Source of the DNA: Elusimicrobiota bacterium
GTDB lineage: Bacteria; Elusimicrobiota; Elusimicrobia; Elusimicrobiales; UBA9959
Direction: 5' to 3'
DNA: 64,000 nt
Assembly: GCA_012517285.1 (NCBI GenBank)
Contig: JAAYVG010000005.1
Location: forward strand, 6,304 to 70,303
Both the position numbers and the translations under genes were made by a program. Positions 1 through 9,531 of this stretch are shown here, one piece after another. Numbering within the stretch: the stretch's first letter is position 1; the number at the start of each line of letters is the position of its first letter. Below the pieces are notes generated by a model that made no database searches, was not told where the DNA came from, and worked only from the letters and a program-made list of their open reading frames with translations.

Positions 1-1
1 T

Positions 2-100
2 CCTCAGAAGAAGTCAGCAAAGCTTTCAAGGATTCCTGAAAGAGCTGAGCTTTCAACAAAAATAAATGAACAGCTTATAGTTGAGTTCTATTCCAAATAA
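2..100 (+). CDS. rpsD: 30S ribosomal protein S4, C-terminal fragment (5' end outside the window)
   Basis: Frame from nt 2 reads PQKKSAKLSRIPERAELSTKINEQLIVEFYSK*, the typical S4 C-terminus, directly upstream of rpoA. Confidence 0.93.
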   Translation, partial: PQKKSAKLSRIPERAELSTKINEQLIVEFYSK

Positions 101-111
101 GGAGGAGAAAT

Positions 112-1080
112 ATGCCAGGTTTTTTGAAAGAAATAATTATACCGAGAGGTGTTGAGTGTGTTGAGGAAAAATCTACAGAAAATGGTAGCTATGCCAAGTT
201 TGTTGGCGAACCCTATGAAAAGGGATATGGTCATACTATAGGAAATTCTTTGAGAAGGGTTTTGCTGTCAAGCATAGATGGAGCTGCTGTTGTGGCTGTA
301 AGAATAAAGGGTGTTAATCATGAGTATACCACGATAGAGGGAATAAAAGAGGATGTCATAACCATAATTATGAACCTCAAGAAGCTAAGAGTTAAGCTTG
401 AGGGCAGTGACAGACAAACAATTCACATATCTGAGAAAGGCAAGAAGGTGGTTAAGGCCTCTGATATCAAGACAACGGCCGTTGTTGAGATTATGAATAA
501 AAACCTTGAGATAGCAACACTTGAAAGCGGTGCAACATTTGAGGCTGAGATTGAAATAGCGAGGGGAGTTGGATATCTCACGTCAGAACAGGTAAGGGAA
601 ACGATCTCACTTCCTCAGGATTATATTGTGATGGATGCAATTTTTTCACCTGTCAGAAAGGTAAACTATAAGGTAGAAAATGCCCGTGTCGGTCAGGAAA
701 CAGATTATGATAAACTTATTCTTGAGATATGGACAGATTCAACAATAACACCAAAGGAAGCTCTGGACAGAGCAGGTGCTCTTTTAAAGTATTCAATAAT
801 ACCATTTGCATCACAGGAAGCTGCTGATGTGGAAATCCCCACAGAGTCAGAGGAGACAAAGGATAGTGAGCTTGAAGAGATTCTTGATCAGAGTGTGGAT
901 ATCATAGAGCTTTCTCAGAGAGCAAGCAACTGTCTTAAAGTGGCTAATATCAAAACAATAAGAGAGCTGGTTTACAAGACTGAAGAGGATTTGTTATCCG
1001 TTAAGAATTTTGGTGAAAAATCACTTGAAGAGATAAAACAGAAGCTTGAAGAGATGGGTTTATCTCTTGGGATGAAATAG
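112..1080 (+). CDS. rpoA: DNA-directed RNA polymerase subunit alpha
   Basis: EPYEKGYGHTIGNSLRRVLLSS, FSPVRKVNYKVENARVGQ and alpha-CTD NFGEKSL motifs; GGAGGAG RBS. Confidence 0.99.
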   Translation: MPGFLKEIIIPRGVECVEEKSTENGSYAKFVGEPYEKGYGHTIGNSLRRVLLSSIDGAAVVAVRIKGVNHEYTTIEGIKEDVITIIMNLKKLRVKLEGSDRQTIHISEKGKKVVKASDIKTTAVVEIMNKNLEIATLESGATFEAEIEIARGVGYLTSEQVRETISLPQDYIVMDAIFSPVRKVNYKVENARVGQETDYDKLILEIWTDSTITPKEALDRAGALLKYSIIPFASQEAADVEIPTESEETKDSELEEILDQSVDIIELSQRASNCLKVANIKTIRELVYKTEEDLLSVKNFGEKSLEEIKQKLEEMGLSLGMK

Positions 1081-1091
1081 CTGGAGGCTTT

Positions 1092-1436
1092 ATGATTAAG
1101 AATAATGGTGATAGAAAGCTTTCTAAAACAGGTTCCCACAGGAATGCTATGTTTAGAAATATGATGACAAGCCTTATAATGAGTGAGAAGATTATAACCA
1201 CCGCTCCAAAGGCAAAAGAGTTAAGGCGTTTTTTTGATACTCTACTGAACGATGCTAAAAAAAATAATTACTCTAATGTTAGAAGCAGCATAAACAACAA
1301 GGATGCATATGCTAAGCTTATGCATGTCCTTGCTCCAAGATACAAGGACAGAGTTTCAGGTTATACAACTCTTATAAATGTTGGCATAAGAAGGGGAGAT
1401 AACTCTTTGATCACGATGGTTAAACTGGTGGACTGA
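1092..1436 (+). CDS. rplQ: 50S ribosomal protein L17
   Basis: [27 protein letters not shown] and RRGD motifs; follows rpoA. Confidence 0.97.
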   Translation: MIKNNGDRKLSKTGSHRNAMFRNMMTSLIMSEKIITTAPKAKELRRFFDTLLNDAKKNNYSNVRSSINNKDAYAKLMHVLAPRYKDRVSGYTTLINVGIRRGDNSLITMVKLVD

Positions 1437-1441
1437 TTGAA

Positions 1442-2473
1442 ATGTTTGATAAAATATTTAATATATTTTCAAATGATATAGGGATGGATCTGGGAACAGC
1501 CAATACCCTTGTTTATTTGAAAGGTAAGGGGATAGTTTTAAGAGAGCCTTCAGTTGTTGCTATAGATAAAAATACGAGGAAGGTTCTTGCCGTTGGTAAT
1601 GAAGCAAAACAGATGATTGGTAAGACGCCTAACAGCATAGTTGCTGTGAGGCCTTTAAGAAATGGTGTGATAGCTGACTTTGAGGTTACACACCAGATGA
1701 TAAAATATTTTATTCAGAAGGTTAATACAAAAAAAGGTTTATTGAGACCGAGAATTGTAATAGGCATACCTTCTGGCATAACTGAGGTTGAGAAAAGAGC
1801 TGTTCATGAGTCGGCTCAACAGGCGGGTGCAAGAGAAGTTTATTTAATTGAAGAACCTATGGCAGCATCCATTGGGGCAGATCTTCCGATATCCGAGCCA
1901 AGCGCAAGTATGATATGCGATATTGGTGGTGGTACCACAGAGATAGCGGTGATATCGCTCGGTGGTCTTGTAGTTACAAAATCTACAGACATAGCTGGTG
2001 ATGAGATGGATGAGGTCATACTGCAGTATTTTAGAAGAAAATATAATCTTATAATTGGTGAGTCAACAGCTGAGGATGTAAAAATGAAGATAGGTTCTGT
2101 CTTTCCATTGAAGGAAGAACTTACTATGGAAGTTAAGGGAAGGGATCAGTCAAGAGGTCTTCCAAAGACAGTCAGTGTTACATCCGATGAGATAAGACAG
2201 GCTCTTATGGAGCCAGTGAATTTGATTGTTGATTCTATAAAACAGGTTCTTGAGGAAACACCTCCGGAACTATCTGCGGATCTTGTGGATAAGGGAATGA
2301 TACTTGCTGGTGGTGGTTCTTTGCTAAAAGGTTTTTGTGAGCTCATAAGACAGGAAACAGAGCTTCCTGTTCACCGAGCTGCTGACCCGTTGAGCTGTGT
2401 GGCACTTGGTTGTGGAAAATACCTTGAGATACTGGACAAGGTTAAAACTACATCAGTGCCGTTTTACAGATAG
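1442..2473 (+). CDS. mreB: Rod shape-determining protein MreB
   Basis: [22 protein letters not shown] and GGGSLL actin-like motifs. Confidence 0.99.
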   Translation: MFDKIFNIFSNDIGMDLGTANTLVYLKGKGIVLREPSVVAIDKNTRKVLAVGNEAKQMIGKTPNSIVAVRPLRNGVIADFEVTHQMIKYFIQKVNTKKGLLRPRIVIGIPSGITEVEKRAVHESAQQAGAREVYLIEEPMAASIGADLPISEPSASMICDIGGGTTEIAVISLGGLVVTKSTDIAGDEMDEVILQYFRRKYNLIIGESTAEDVKMKIGSVFPLKEELTMEVKGRDQSRGLPKTVSVTSDEIRQALMEPVNLIVDSIKQVLEETPPELSADLVDKGMILAGGGSLLKGFCELIRQETELPVHRAADPLSCVALGCGKYLEILDKVKTTSVPFYR

Positions 2474-2494
2474 CATACAGCTTTATGCGGGTTT

Positions 2495-3322
2495 ATGAGA
2501 GAAAAAGATAAAACCTTTAAGTATCTGTTCTATGTCTTTTTGACGATTTCTTTTTTGTTCCTTGTATTGAAGATAGATTTCCTCGTAAATGATGTAAGGT
2601 TGTTTTTTTCCTTTCTGTTCAATCCATATTTTTCAGTAAGCACAATAAACCGATTTGAAAAAGTGAGTAAAAATGTTGATTATTTATTAGAATGTGGTGT
2701 AAAAAATAAAAATTTAGAGAAGGAGAATATTGAGCTAAGGTCAAAGCTTATTGACTATGAGGCTCTTGATAGACAGTACAAGGAAGTAAATGATCTTTTG
2801 AGACTTAAACAGGGGTTTAGATATAGTGGTAAGTTTTCAAAGGTGATTTCTGTAAATCCTAAAAATCCTTATTCATTCATATACTTAGATAAAGGATTCA
2901 ATGATGGTATAAAGGCATACAACCCTGTTGTCGTATACAATAATGATAAGTGGTTTGTCATTGGAAGGATAAATGAGGTCTATAAGAATTACTCCCGTGT
3001 GATACTCATCACCAATACAAACTTTTCATTTATATCCGATACCCCTTCAAGCAGGGGACTTGTGGTTGGAAATTTGGATGATGATCTCATTTATAAGTAT
3101 ATTGATGGAGATATAAAATTGGGTGATGATGTTTTTACTTCAGCTATATCAATAACATTTCCACCATTTCTTCACATAGGCTACATAGATAAGATAATAA
3201 GCAATGCTGATCCAAATTCAAGAATGGCATCTGTATCAACGTTCAAAATAAAAGATATCAACTATGTCTATGTTATTGACTGGCAGCCTTATATAGATGA
3301 GGACAATCTGGTGAATATATGA
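2495..3322 (+). CDS. mreC: Rod shape-determining protein MreC
   Basis: N-terminal TM helix, coiled coil (LEKENIELR), LDKG..DGI beta domain; position after mreB. Confidence 0.92.
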   Translation: MREKDKTFKYLFYVFLTISFLFLVLKIDFLVNDVRLFFSFLFNPYFSVSTINRFEKVSKNVDYLLECGVKNKNLEKENIELRSKLIDYEALDRQYKEVNDLLRLKQGFRYSGKFSKVISVNPKNPYSFIYLDKGFNDGIKAYNPVVVYNNDKWFVIGRINEVYKNYSRVILITNTNFSFISDTPSSRGLVVGNLDDDLIYKYIDGDIKLGDDVFTSAISITFPPFLHIGYIDKIISNADPNSRMASVSTFKIKDINYVYVIDWQPYIDEDNLVNI

Positions 3323-3789
3323 TGTTTATAATTTATATTGCTATGGTTTTTTTTCAGTGGCTGTTTTCCTATCAGCCAGATTTTATGAATTTAAGTCCTG
3401 ATATAATATTTATATTTGTATTCTGGGCTAACTATTACAAAAATCCCGTTCCTGCAATACTGTTTTCATTCTTTGCAGGACTTTATGCTGATTTTTATTA
3501 TATAACAGCATTTGGAAGCTATACCCTTAGCTTTATTCTTTTTTCTTTTGTTGTCAATAAGATCAAAAACAATATAGAGATAGATTCCTTTATTCCACGG
3601 TCTATTAATTTTATTGTTTCAAACTATGCATTAATAATTTTTATAACAATTTTAAACTTTATTGTTGCTGGAAGGTTTTCATTAAACTATGCAGTTTTTA
3701 TACAGCCACTTTTAAATATATTTTTCTTTGAAATTTTTAGATATATATTGAACAAGTTGTTTAAGAGAAGAGAATATGCCAGGCTATGA
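3319..3789 (+). CDS. mreD: Rod shape-determining protein MreD
   Basis: 156-aa polytopic membrane protein with PD and FFAGLYAD motifs, between mreC and PBP2. Confidence 0.85.
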   Translation: MMFIIYIAMVFFQWLFSYQPDFMNLSPDIIFIFVFWANYYKNPVPAILFSFFAGLYADFYYITAFGSYTLSFILFSFVVNKIKNNIEIDSFIPRSINFIVSNYALIIFITILNFIVAGRFSLNYAVFIQPLLNIFFFEIFRYILNKLFKRREYARL

Positions 3790-5569
3790 GAAAAGGACAG
3801 AGCTTATAGATTTGATTTACAGAGTTTTTTATATAATTTTAATTCTTTTTGTTATAAAGCTTATAAGTATCCAAATAGTAAATCATTCATATTATCTTAC
3901 CCTTTCAGAAAAGAACAGGATACGGACCATATCAAAGTTAGGACCGAGAGGGAATATAATTACATCTGATAATGTTGCTGTGGCAGTTAATAAACCATCA
4001 TACAGCATAATGTATTTTCCAAGAGAAAATATAACTGATAAGTACATTGATGATATGTCACTGCGAATATCAAAAGTCCTTTCTGTTTCATATGATGATA
4101 TAAAAAGGTCAATATCTGTTTCTCAAAAGACATCAAAGCCATCAAAGATTATAAACAATCTCAGCATAAAATCTACAATGTTTTTTTATGAGCTTAAAAA
4201 TATTTTTCCTGAGCTTGAAATAATAGAAGAGAATGCAAGATACTATCCGTATGGAAATTTTTTAAGCCATATAATAGGCTATACTGGTAAGATAGGAGAG
4301 AATGAGATTAAGTATTATATAAGTAAGAACTATTCACTTGATTCTTTGGTGGGCAAGACTGGGGTTGAAAAAAAATATGAAAGCAATTTAAAGGGTGGTG
4401 ATGGTGGGCTGTTTATGGAGGTGGATAACAGGGGGAGACTTGTGAATATAATAGGTTTTAAACAGTGGCACAAGGGTGATGATGTGATGCTAACAATAAA
4501 TTATAAGGTTCAGAAGGCTATGGAGGATTCCCTTTCTAAACTACCCTACAAAAGAGGTGCTGCTGTTTGTATGGATGCAACAAACGGAAAAATTTTAGGC
4601 TATGCTGTAAAACCTGGTTTTGATTTAAACTATTTCAGTTCATACAGGGATGATAAAAAGTATGAGGAAATAGATGAGTTCAATATACCTATATCAGGGC
4701 TTTATCCTCCAGCATCAACATTTAAAATAATAATGACTGCTGCAGGACTTGAAAGTGGGAAAATATCTGAGAGCACTCAGTTTTACTGCCCAGGATATTA
4801 TGATGCTGGCAATAGAGTCTTTAAATGCTGGGAGAAAAAGGGACATAAAATGCTTGATCTGATTGGTGGGCTTGCAAAGTCATGTGATGTATATTATTAT
4901 AATGTTGGTAATCTCATAGGTCCTTATGAGATAGAAAATATGGCAAGAAAGTTTAGATTGAATGAGAAAACTGGCATAGATCTTCCATATGAAAAGGAAG
5001 GTAAAATATTTGGGCCGAGGGCCAGAATGTCAGGAAAGGGTTACTGGTTTATTGGTGATACACTGAATATGTCAATAGGTCAGGGTGAGACACTTGTTAC
5101 TCCTATGGAGATGCTTATGGTTATGTCCTCCATAGCAAACAAAGGGAAATTTTATAAGCCATACTATGTTGATAGTATTGTATCATCAGATGACAAGGTG
5201 ATTTTACGCAATGAGCCTCAGGTTGTCTCTGAGATATCATTAAAGGATGAAACATATGCTACTCTTTATAAAGCCCTTCGCAGTGTTATAACGGATGGCA
5301 CAGGAAAACTGGCTGATGTGCCCGGAGTTGATGTCTATGGTAAAACAGGCACAGCCCAAAATCCACATGGCAAGGATCATGCTTGGTTTATAGCATTTGC
5401 ACAAAAGGATGGTAAAAATCCTATAGCAATAAGTGTTTTAATAGAGCATGGCGAACACGGTTCAACAGCAGCAGTCGTGGCCAGAGATGCAATAAAATCA
5501 TATTTTTTAAATGATGATCATAGTGATGAGATAAAATTAAATACTAAAAAGGATATTATAATAGAATGA
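3776..5569 (+). CDS. mrdA: Penicillin-binding protein 2
   Basis: N-terminal TM, RG.I dimerisation motif, RYYP, catalytic STFK, SCD and KTGT motifs; mre operon context. Confidence 0.96.
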   Translation: MPGYEKRTELIDLIYRVFYIILILFVIKLISIQIVNHSYYLTLSEKNRIRTISKLGPRGNIITSDNVAVAVNKPSYSIMYFPRENITDKYIDDMSLRISKVLSVSYDDIKRSISVSQKTSKPSKIINNLSIKSTMFFYELKNIFPELEIIEENARYYPYGNFLSHIIGYTGKIGENEIKYYISKNYSLDSLVGKTGVEKKYESNLKGGDGGLFMEVDNRGRLVNIIGFKQWHKGDDVMLTINYKVQKAMEDSLSKLPYKRGAAVCMDATNGKILGYAVKPGFDLNYFSSYRDDKKYEEIDEFNIPISGLYPPASTFKIIMTAAGLESGKISESTQFYCPGYYDAGNRVFKCWEKKGHKMLDLIGGLAKSCDVYYYNVGNLIGPYEIENMARKFRLNEKTGIDLPYEKEGKIFGPRARMSGKGYWFIGDTLNMSIGQGETLVTPMEMLMVMSSIANKGKFYKPYYVDSIVSSDDKVILRNEPQVVSEISLKDETYATLYKALRSVITDGTGKLADVPGVDVYGKTGTAQNPHGKDHAWFIAFAQKDGKNPIAISVLIEHGEHGSTAAVVARDAIKSYFLNDDHSDEIKLNTKKDIIIE

Positions 5570-6894
5570 TCTCAATAGATAAAAAAAGAAAGTTTGACTG
5601 GACTCTTTTCTTGAGTGTTATATCACTTGTCTTGCTTGGAACGCTTGCTATAATGTCTTCAACCATAATGCTTGATTTCAGGGAAAGGGTTATAAGGACA
5701 CATATAATAGCAGTATTTATTGGTATATTTGCTATGCTTTTTATGTGGGTTTTTGATTATAACATGCTTGATGAGCATTCAAACAAGATATATGTATTTT
5801 TTCTTTTTCTGCTTCTGCTTGTACTCTTTTTGGGTGTGGCAGATAAGGGCTCTAAATCATGGTTCAGACTGCCATTCTTTTCACTGCAGCCTAGTGAGTT
5901 TGCAAGGATATCACTGATAATAGTTCTCTCATCATATCTATCAAAGTATCCTCATAGCCTCAATGACCCTGCTGGAATAATAAAGTTCTTTTTGATTACA
6001 CTACCATTTTTTATCCTTATGGCAAAACAGCCTGATTTTTCAGGAATACTTATAACCTGTTTTCCTCTTCTTGTTATATGCATTGTTGGTGGTATAAATC
6101 TTAACTATATATATATCTTTATATTCTATTTAATAATAGTTCTTTTGATACCTGCAGTAGGTGTAATAGTCAATTTAAACCCTGATTCACTTAATAGTTC
6201 AATAGTTTATTTTTTATACACCATATCATATTTTAATATCAATAGTATTATATTCATATTACTTACCGGAATAATCTTATTTCTTATATGGATGCTTGTG
6301 AATAAACTCAATCCTCTGATAAATATAAGCTATTTTGTGATATTCTTTTCAATAATATTTGCAGGTTATTTGTCTGGCATATTCATAAAAAGTCAGATAA
6401 AGGATTACCAGTACAAGAGGATTGAAAGTTTCATATATCCTGACAAGGATCCTAAGGGCTCGGGGTATAATATAATACAAGCAAGAGTGGCACTTGGCTC
6501 AGGTGGAATAAGAGGCAAGGGACTTTTTTCAGGCACTCAGTCAAGACTTGGGTTTGTCCCTGAGAGGCATACAGATTTCATATTATCGGTCATTGGTGAG
6601 GAAATGGGAATAATAGGTGTGCTTATTATAATTGCAGCCTATACAACTCTTATAAACAGGATAAAAAAGATTGCTGTTATGTCAAGGGATATCTTTGGTT
6701 ATTATATGTCCTGTGGATTTGCAGGGCTTTTTATGGGATATTTTTTTATAAACATAGGTATGATACTGGGATTCTTTCCTGTTGCAGGTGTTCCATTAGC
6801 CTTTGTATCATACGGTGGCTCAAACATAGTTGCATCGTTTATAATAATTGGAATACTTGAATCCATTTATACAAGGAGATTGATGATAGCATGA
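5566..6894 (+). CDS. rodA: Rod shape-determining SEDS protein RodA
   Basis: QPSEF, QPD, GSGG..GKG, PERHTDFI and PLAFVSYGGS motifs. Confidence 0.96.
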   Translation: MISIDKKRKFDWTLFLSVISLVLLGTLAIMSSTIMLDFRERVIRTHIIAVFIGIFAMLFMWVFDYNMLDEHSNKIYVFFLFLLLLVLFLGVADKGSKSWFRLPFFSLQPSEFARISLIIVLSSYLSKYPHSLNDPAGIIKFFLITLPFFILMAKQPDFSGILITCFPLLVICIVGGINLNYIYIFIFYLIIVLLIPAVGVIVNLNPDSLNSSIVYFLYTISYFNINSIIFILLTGIILFLIWMLVNKLNPLINISYFVIFFSIIFAGYLSGIFIKSQIKDYQYKRIESFIYPDKDPKGSGYNIIQARVALGSGGIRGKGLFSGTQSRLGFVPERHTDFILSVIGEEMGIIGVLIIIAAYTTLINRIKKIAVMSRDIFGYYMSCGFAGLFMGYFFINIGMILGFFPVAGVPLAFVSYGGSNIVASFIIIGILESIYTRRLMIA

Positions 6895-7460
6895 TAAGAT
6901 ACAGATTTGTTTTTTCAAAGAAAGAATCGGCCATATATACCGGCTTTTTAAATGAAGTGGAATATTTTAGGTCTTTTTTCTTAAACTCATTTGAACTCTA
7001 TGTGAACAGCAAAAAGTATAAGTTTTCGTTTGGTCCGGCTCTGCCCTACGGATATGAGAGTGAAAGTGAGTACGTTGATGTTTTTATGGCTGATAGGATG
7101 GATGATGAGGAGATAACCATTGTTATAAATAAAAATCTTATGGATGGCTTTGAACTGTTGAGGTTTAAAACAGTGCCGATTTATTTTCCGTCTGTTGAGT
7201 CATTGGTGGACATAACGGAGTGGGATCTGTATTTTAATGATACTTCAAAGTTAACATTCCTGATAGATAATATTTATAGCAGATACTCAGACTTTATCCA
7301 TAGTAAACATAATGAAAATGAAATATTAAAGTTGTATTTAAAAAAAGGAATAAAGCTTGATATGATTTTAAAAGATTTTAATATCAATAATGATATTAAA
7401 AAAATTGTGAGAAAAAATTTATACTGGCTTGATGCAAAAGGTGGCTTGAGGCTGATATGA
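6891..7460 (+). CDS. DUF2344 / TIGR03936 radical-SAM-linked family protein
   Basis: N-terminal RYRFVFSK and KFSFGPALPYGYESESEYVD match the family signature; position between rodA and rng. Confidence 0.75.
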   Translation: MIRYRFVFSKKESAIYTGFLNEVEYFRSFFLNSFELYVNSKKYKFSFGPALPYGYESESEYVDVFMADRMDDEEITIVINKNLMDGFELLRFKTVPIYFPSVESLVDITEWDLYFNDTSKLTFLIDNIYSRYSDFIHSKHNENEILKLYLKKGIKLDMILKDFNINNDIKKIVRKNLYWLDAKGGLRLI

Positions 7461-7474
7461 ATGAATATAAAGGT

Positions 7475-7641
7475 CAGAGGACAGAGATCAGAAGTCAAAG
7501 CCTGCCTGCGCCGAAGCCGCTTCGGCAGGCAGGCTTGCCTGCCGAAGATATATCAGCAAAGTGGTGAATAACCACAGTCGTTTTGCTGATAAGTTTATCG
7601 CAGGCAGGTAGGAACTGATCACTGACCACTGACAACTAATT
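7475..7641. repeat. Intergenic repeat mosaic: CAGA-heptamers, two CYTGCCTG...CAGGCAGG palindromes, ACTGA-heptamers
   Basis: CAGAGGA CAGAGAT CAGAAGT CAAAG (7475-7500), 33-bp palindrome 7501-7533, 75-bp nested hairpin 7534-7608, ACTGATC ACTGACC ACTGACA ACTAATT (7614-7641). Confidence 0.9.
7501..7533. repeat. 33-bp bulged palindrome, copy 1
   Basis: CCTGCCT-GC-GCCGAAG-CCG-CTTCGGC-AGGCAGG. Confidence 0.95.
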
Positions 7642-7653
7642 AAAGGAGATAAT

Positions 7654-9099
7654 ATGGCAAATGAAAACAATATAAGAAGAGAGATATATTCAAACAGATC
7701 GTTTGAAGAGATAAGAATAGCTGTTATGGAAAACTCAAAGCTTTCCGAGCTTTTCTGGGAGAGGAACAGCAGTGCGAGTCTTGTTGGTAATATTTATAAG
7801 GGTGTGGTGGAAAATGTTTTACCCGGGATATCAAGTGCTTTTATAAATATTGGTTTTGAAAAAAACGCCTATATATACATATCTGATGTTATAGGTGATG
7901 CCCGTGGTGGTATAGATAAGGTCTTAAAAAAGGATCAGGAGGTTATGGTCCAGATAATAAAGGACGCAATAAGCACAAAGGGTATGAAGGTCACCATGGA
8001 TATAACACTTCCTGGCAGATATATAGTTCTAACCCCATTTCAAGAGCATGTGGGAGTGTCAAAAAATATAGATAATGAAGAGGAGAGAAACAGACTCTCT
8101 AAGATAATAAATGAGATAGTGGATACTTCTAAAAAATATGGTTGCGTTGTAAGAACTGAGGCTGAGGGGATAAGTGAGGAGGAGATTAAAAAAGAGTATA
8201 AGTATCTGATAAGATTGTGGGATAGCATATTGAAAAAGTATGATAACAATCGTGCTCCTTATTTGCTCTACAAGGATATAGACCTAACCCTTCAGGTTGC
8301 AAGGGATCTTCTCTCTGAGGATATATCCATATACATGCTTGATAACAGAGAGGATTATTATAACGTACTGGATTTTGTTTCAAAGATATCACCTGAGTTT
8401 AAGGATAAAATAAAATACTATGATGCAAAGACGCCGATATTCAAGGCCTTTAACATAGAGCAGGAGATAGATGAGCTCAGAAGAATCAAGGTTGAGCTTC
8501 CGAGTGGTGGTAGCATAATAATACAGGAGGCTGAGTCGCTGTGTGCAATAGATGTGAACACAGGTAGATACACCGGTAATAAATCTCAGGAGGAAACTGT
8601 CACACAGATAAACATTGAGGCGGCCTATGAGATAGCAAGACAGCTAAAGCTGAGAAACATCGGTGGTATCATTGTCATTGATTTCATAGATATGAGAAAG
8701 GCATTCAACAGGCACAAGGTTATGAAAGCCCTTGAGGATGCTGTTAGAAATGATAGAGCAAAGATAAAAATACTTCCTATAACAAGGTTGGGATTGATAG
8801 AGATGACAAGGGAGAGAAGAAGGGAAAGCACATTTAATATGATAACTGAGGAGTGCCCTCAGTGTCAGGGCTCTGGCAAGGTGTTATCAATAGATAGCAT
8901 AAGGATAAAGATTCAGAATGATATCTTAAATCTTACGATGGGAAGGCCCGGTGGAAATTTAAGGGTTGTAGTTCATCCACTTGTTATGGAGAGCTTGAAG
9001 GAAAAACAGAATATGGTTGAGAAAAATGTTCATAGAAGCATTAAAATTGTTTCTGATCCACAGCTTGTATGGGAGGATTACAGGATCATAATAGAATAG
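7654..9099 (+). CDS. rng: Ribonuclease E/G family (RNase G-sized)
   Basis: GNIYKGVV S1 domain, AIDVNTG, LRNIGGIIVIDFIDM and CPQCQGSG zinc-link motifs; 481 aa with no RNase E scaffold tail. Confidence 0.95.
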   Translation: MANENNIRREIYSNRSFEEIRIAVMENSKLSELFWERNSSASLVGNIYKGVVENVLPGISSAFINIGFEKNAYIYISDVIGDARGGIDKVLKKDQEVMVQIIKDAISTKGMKVTMDITLPGRYIVLTPFQEHVGVSKNIDNEEERNRLSKIINEIVDTSKKYGCVVRTEAEGISEEEIKKEYKYLIRLWDSILKKYDNNRAPYLLYKDIDLTLQVARDLLSEDISIYMLDNREDYYNVLDFVSKISPEFKDKIKYYDAKTPIFKAFNIEQEIDELRRIKVELPSGGSIIIQEAESLCAIDVNTGRYTGNKSQEETVTQINIEAAYEIARQLKLRNIGGIIVIDFIDMRKAFNRHKVMKALEDAVRNDRAKIKILPITRLGLIEMTRERRRESTFNMITEECPQCQGSGKVLSIDSIRIKIQNDILNLTMGRPGGNLRVVVHPLVMESLKEKQNMVEKNVHRSIKIVSDPQLVWEDYRIIIE

Positions 9100-9100
9100 T

Positions 9101-9375
9101 TAGGGTTCACTGAAAAAGTCTAACGAAAGATAATTTTTCCGATGAATAATTGTCTTGATGGGAGTAGATTATTGTTTTAAAACTGCACGATTTTTAAGGT
9201 AATGTTGCAAAAACCTTGCACTTTTTTATCTTTCTTTTGGCAATAAAGACAACGCTTTTCTACTACGGCTTCGTCAGAACTCGCTTACCCCGATATATCG
9301 GGGCTCGCTCGTTTTTTCGCCTCATAACGAAAATCATTGCTTTATTGCTCAAATAGACTTTTTCAGTGAACCCTA
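9101..9375. mobile_element. MITE-like non-autonomous element, 275 bp
   Basis: Perfect 22-bp terminal inverted repeats TAGGGTTCACTGAAAAAGTCTA (9101-9122 and 9354-9375) with TA at both outer ends; no ORF; internal inverted repeats. Confidence 0.85.
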
Positions 9376-9423
9376 CTCAATTTTTTTGAGAATGCTAATT
9401 TGATAAAATGATAGTATATAAGA

Positions 9424-9517
9424 CAGTGATCAGCGAAACAGTGAACAGTGGTCAGTGATCAGTGAATAAGGTGTTTTCCTTTACTGCCCACTATCCACTA
9501 CGCACTGATCACTGATT
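9424..9517. repeat. Inverted heptamer-array element (CAGTGAT arm, spacer, ACTGATC arm)
   Basis: Six CAGTGAn-type units, spacer GAATAAGGTGTTTTCCTTT, then five ACTnnnn units; near-identical core at 60627-60689. Confidence 0.88.
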
Positions 9518-9531
9518 AGCTGGAGATTAAT

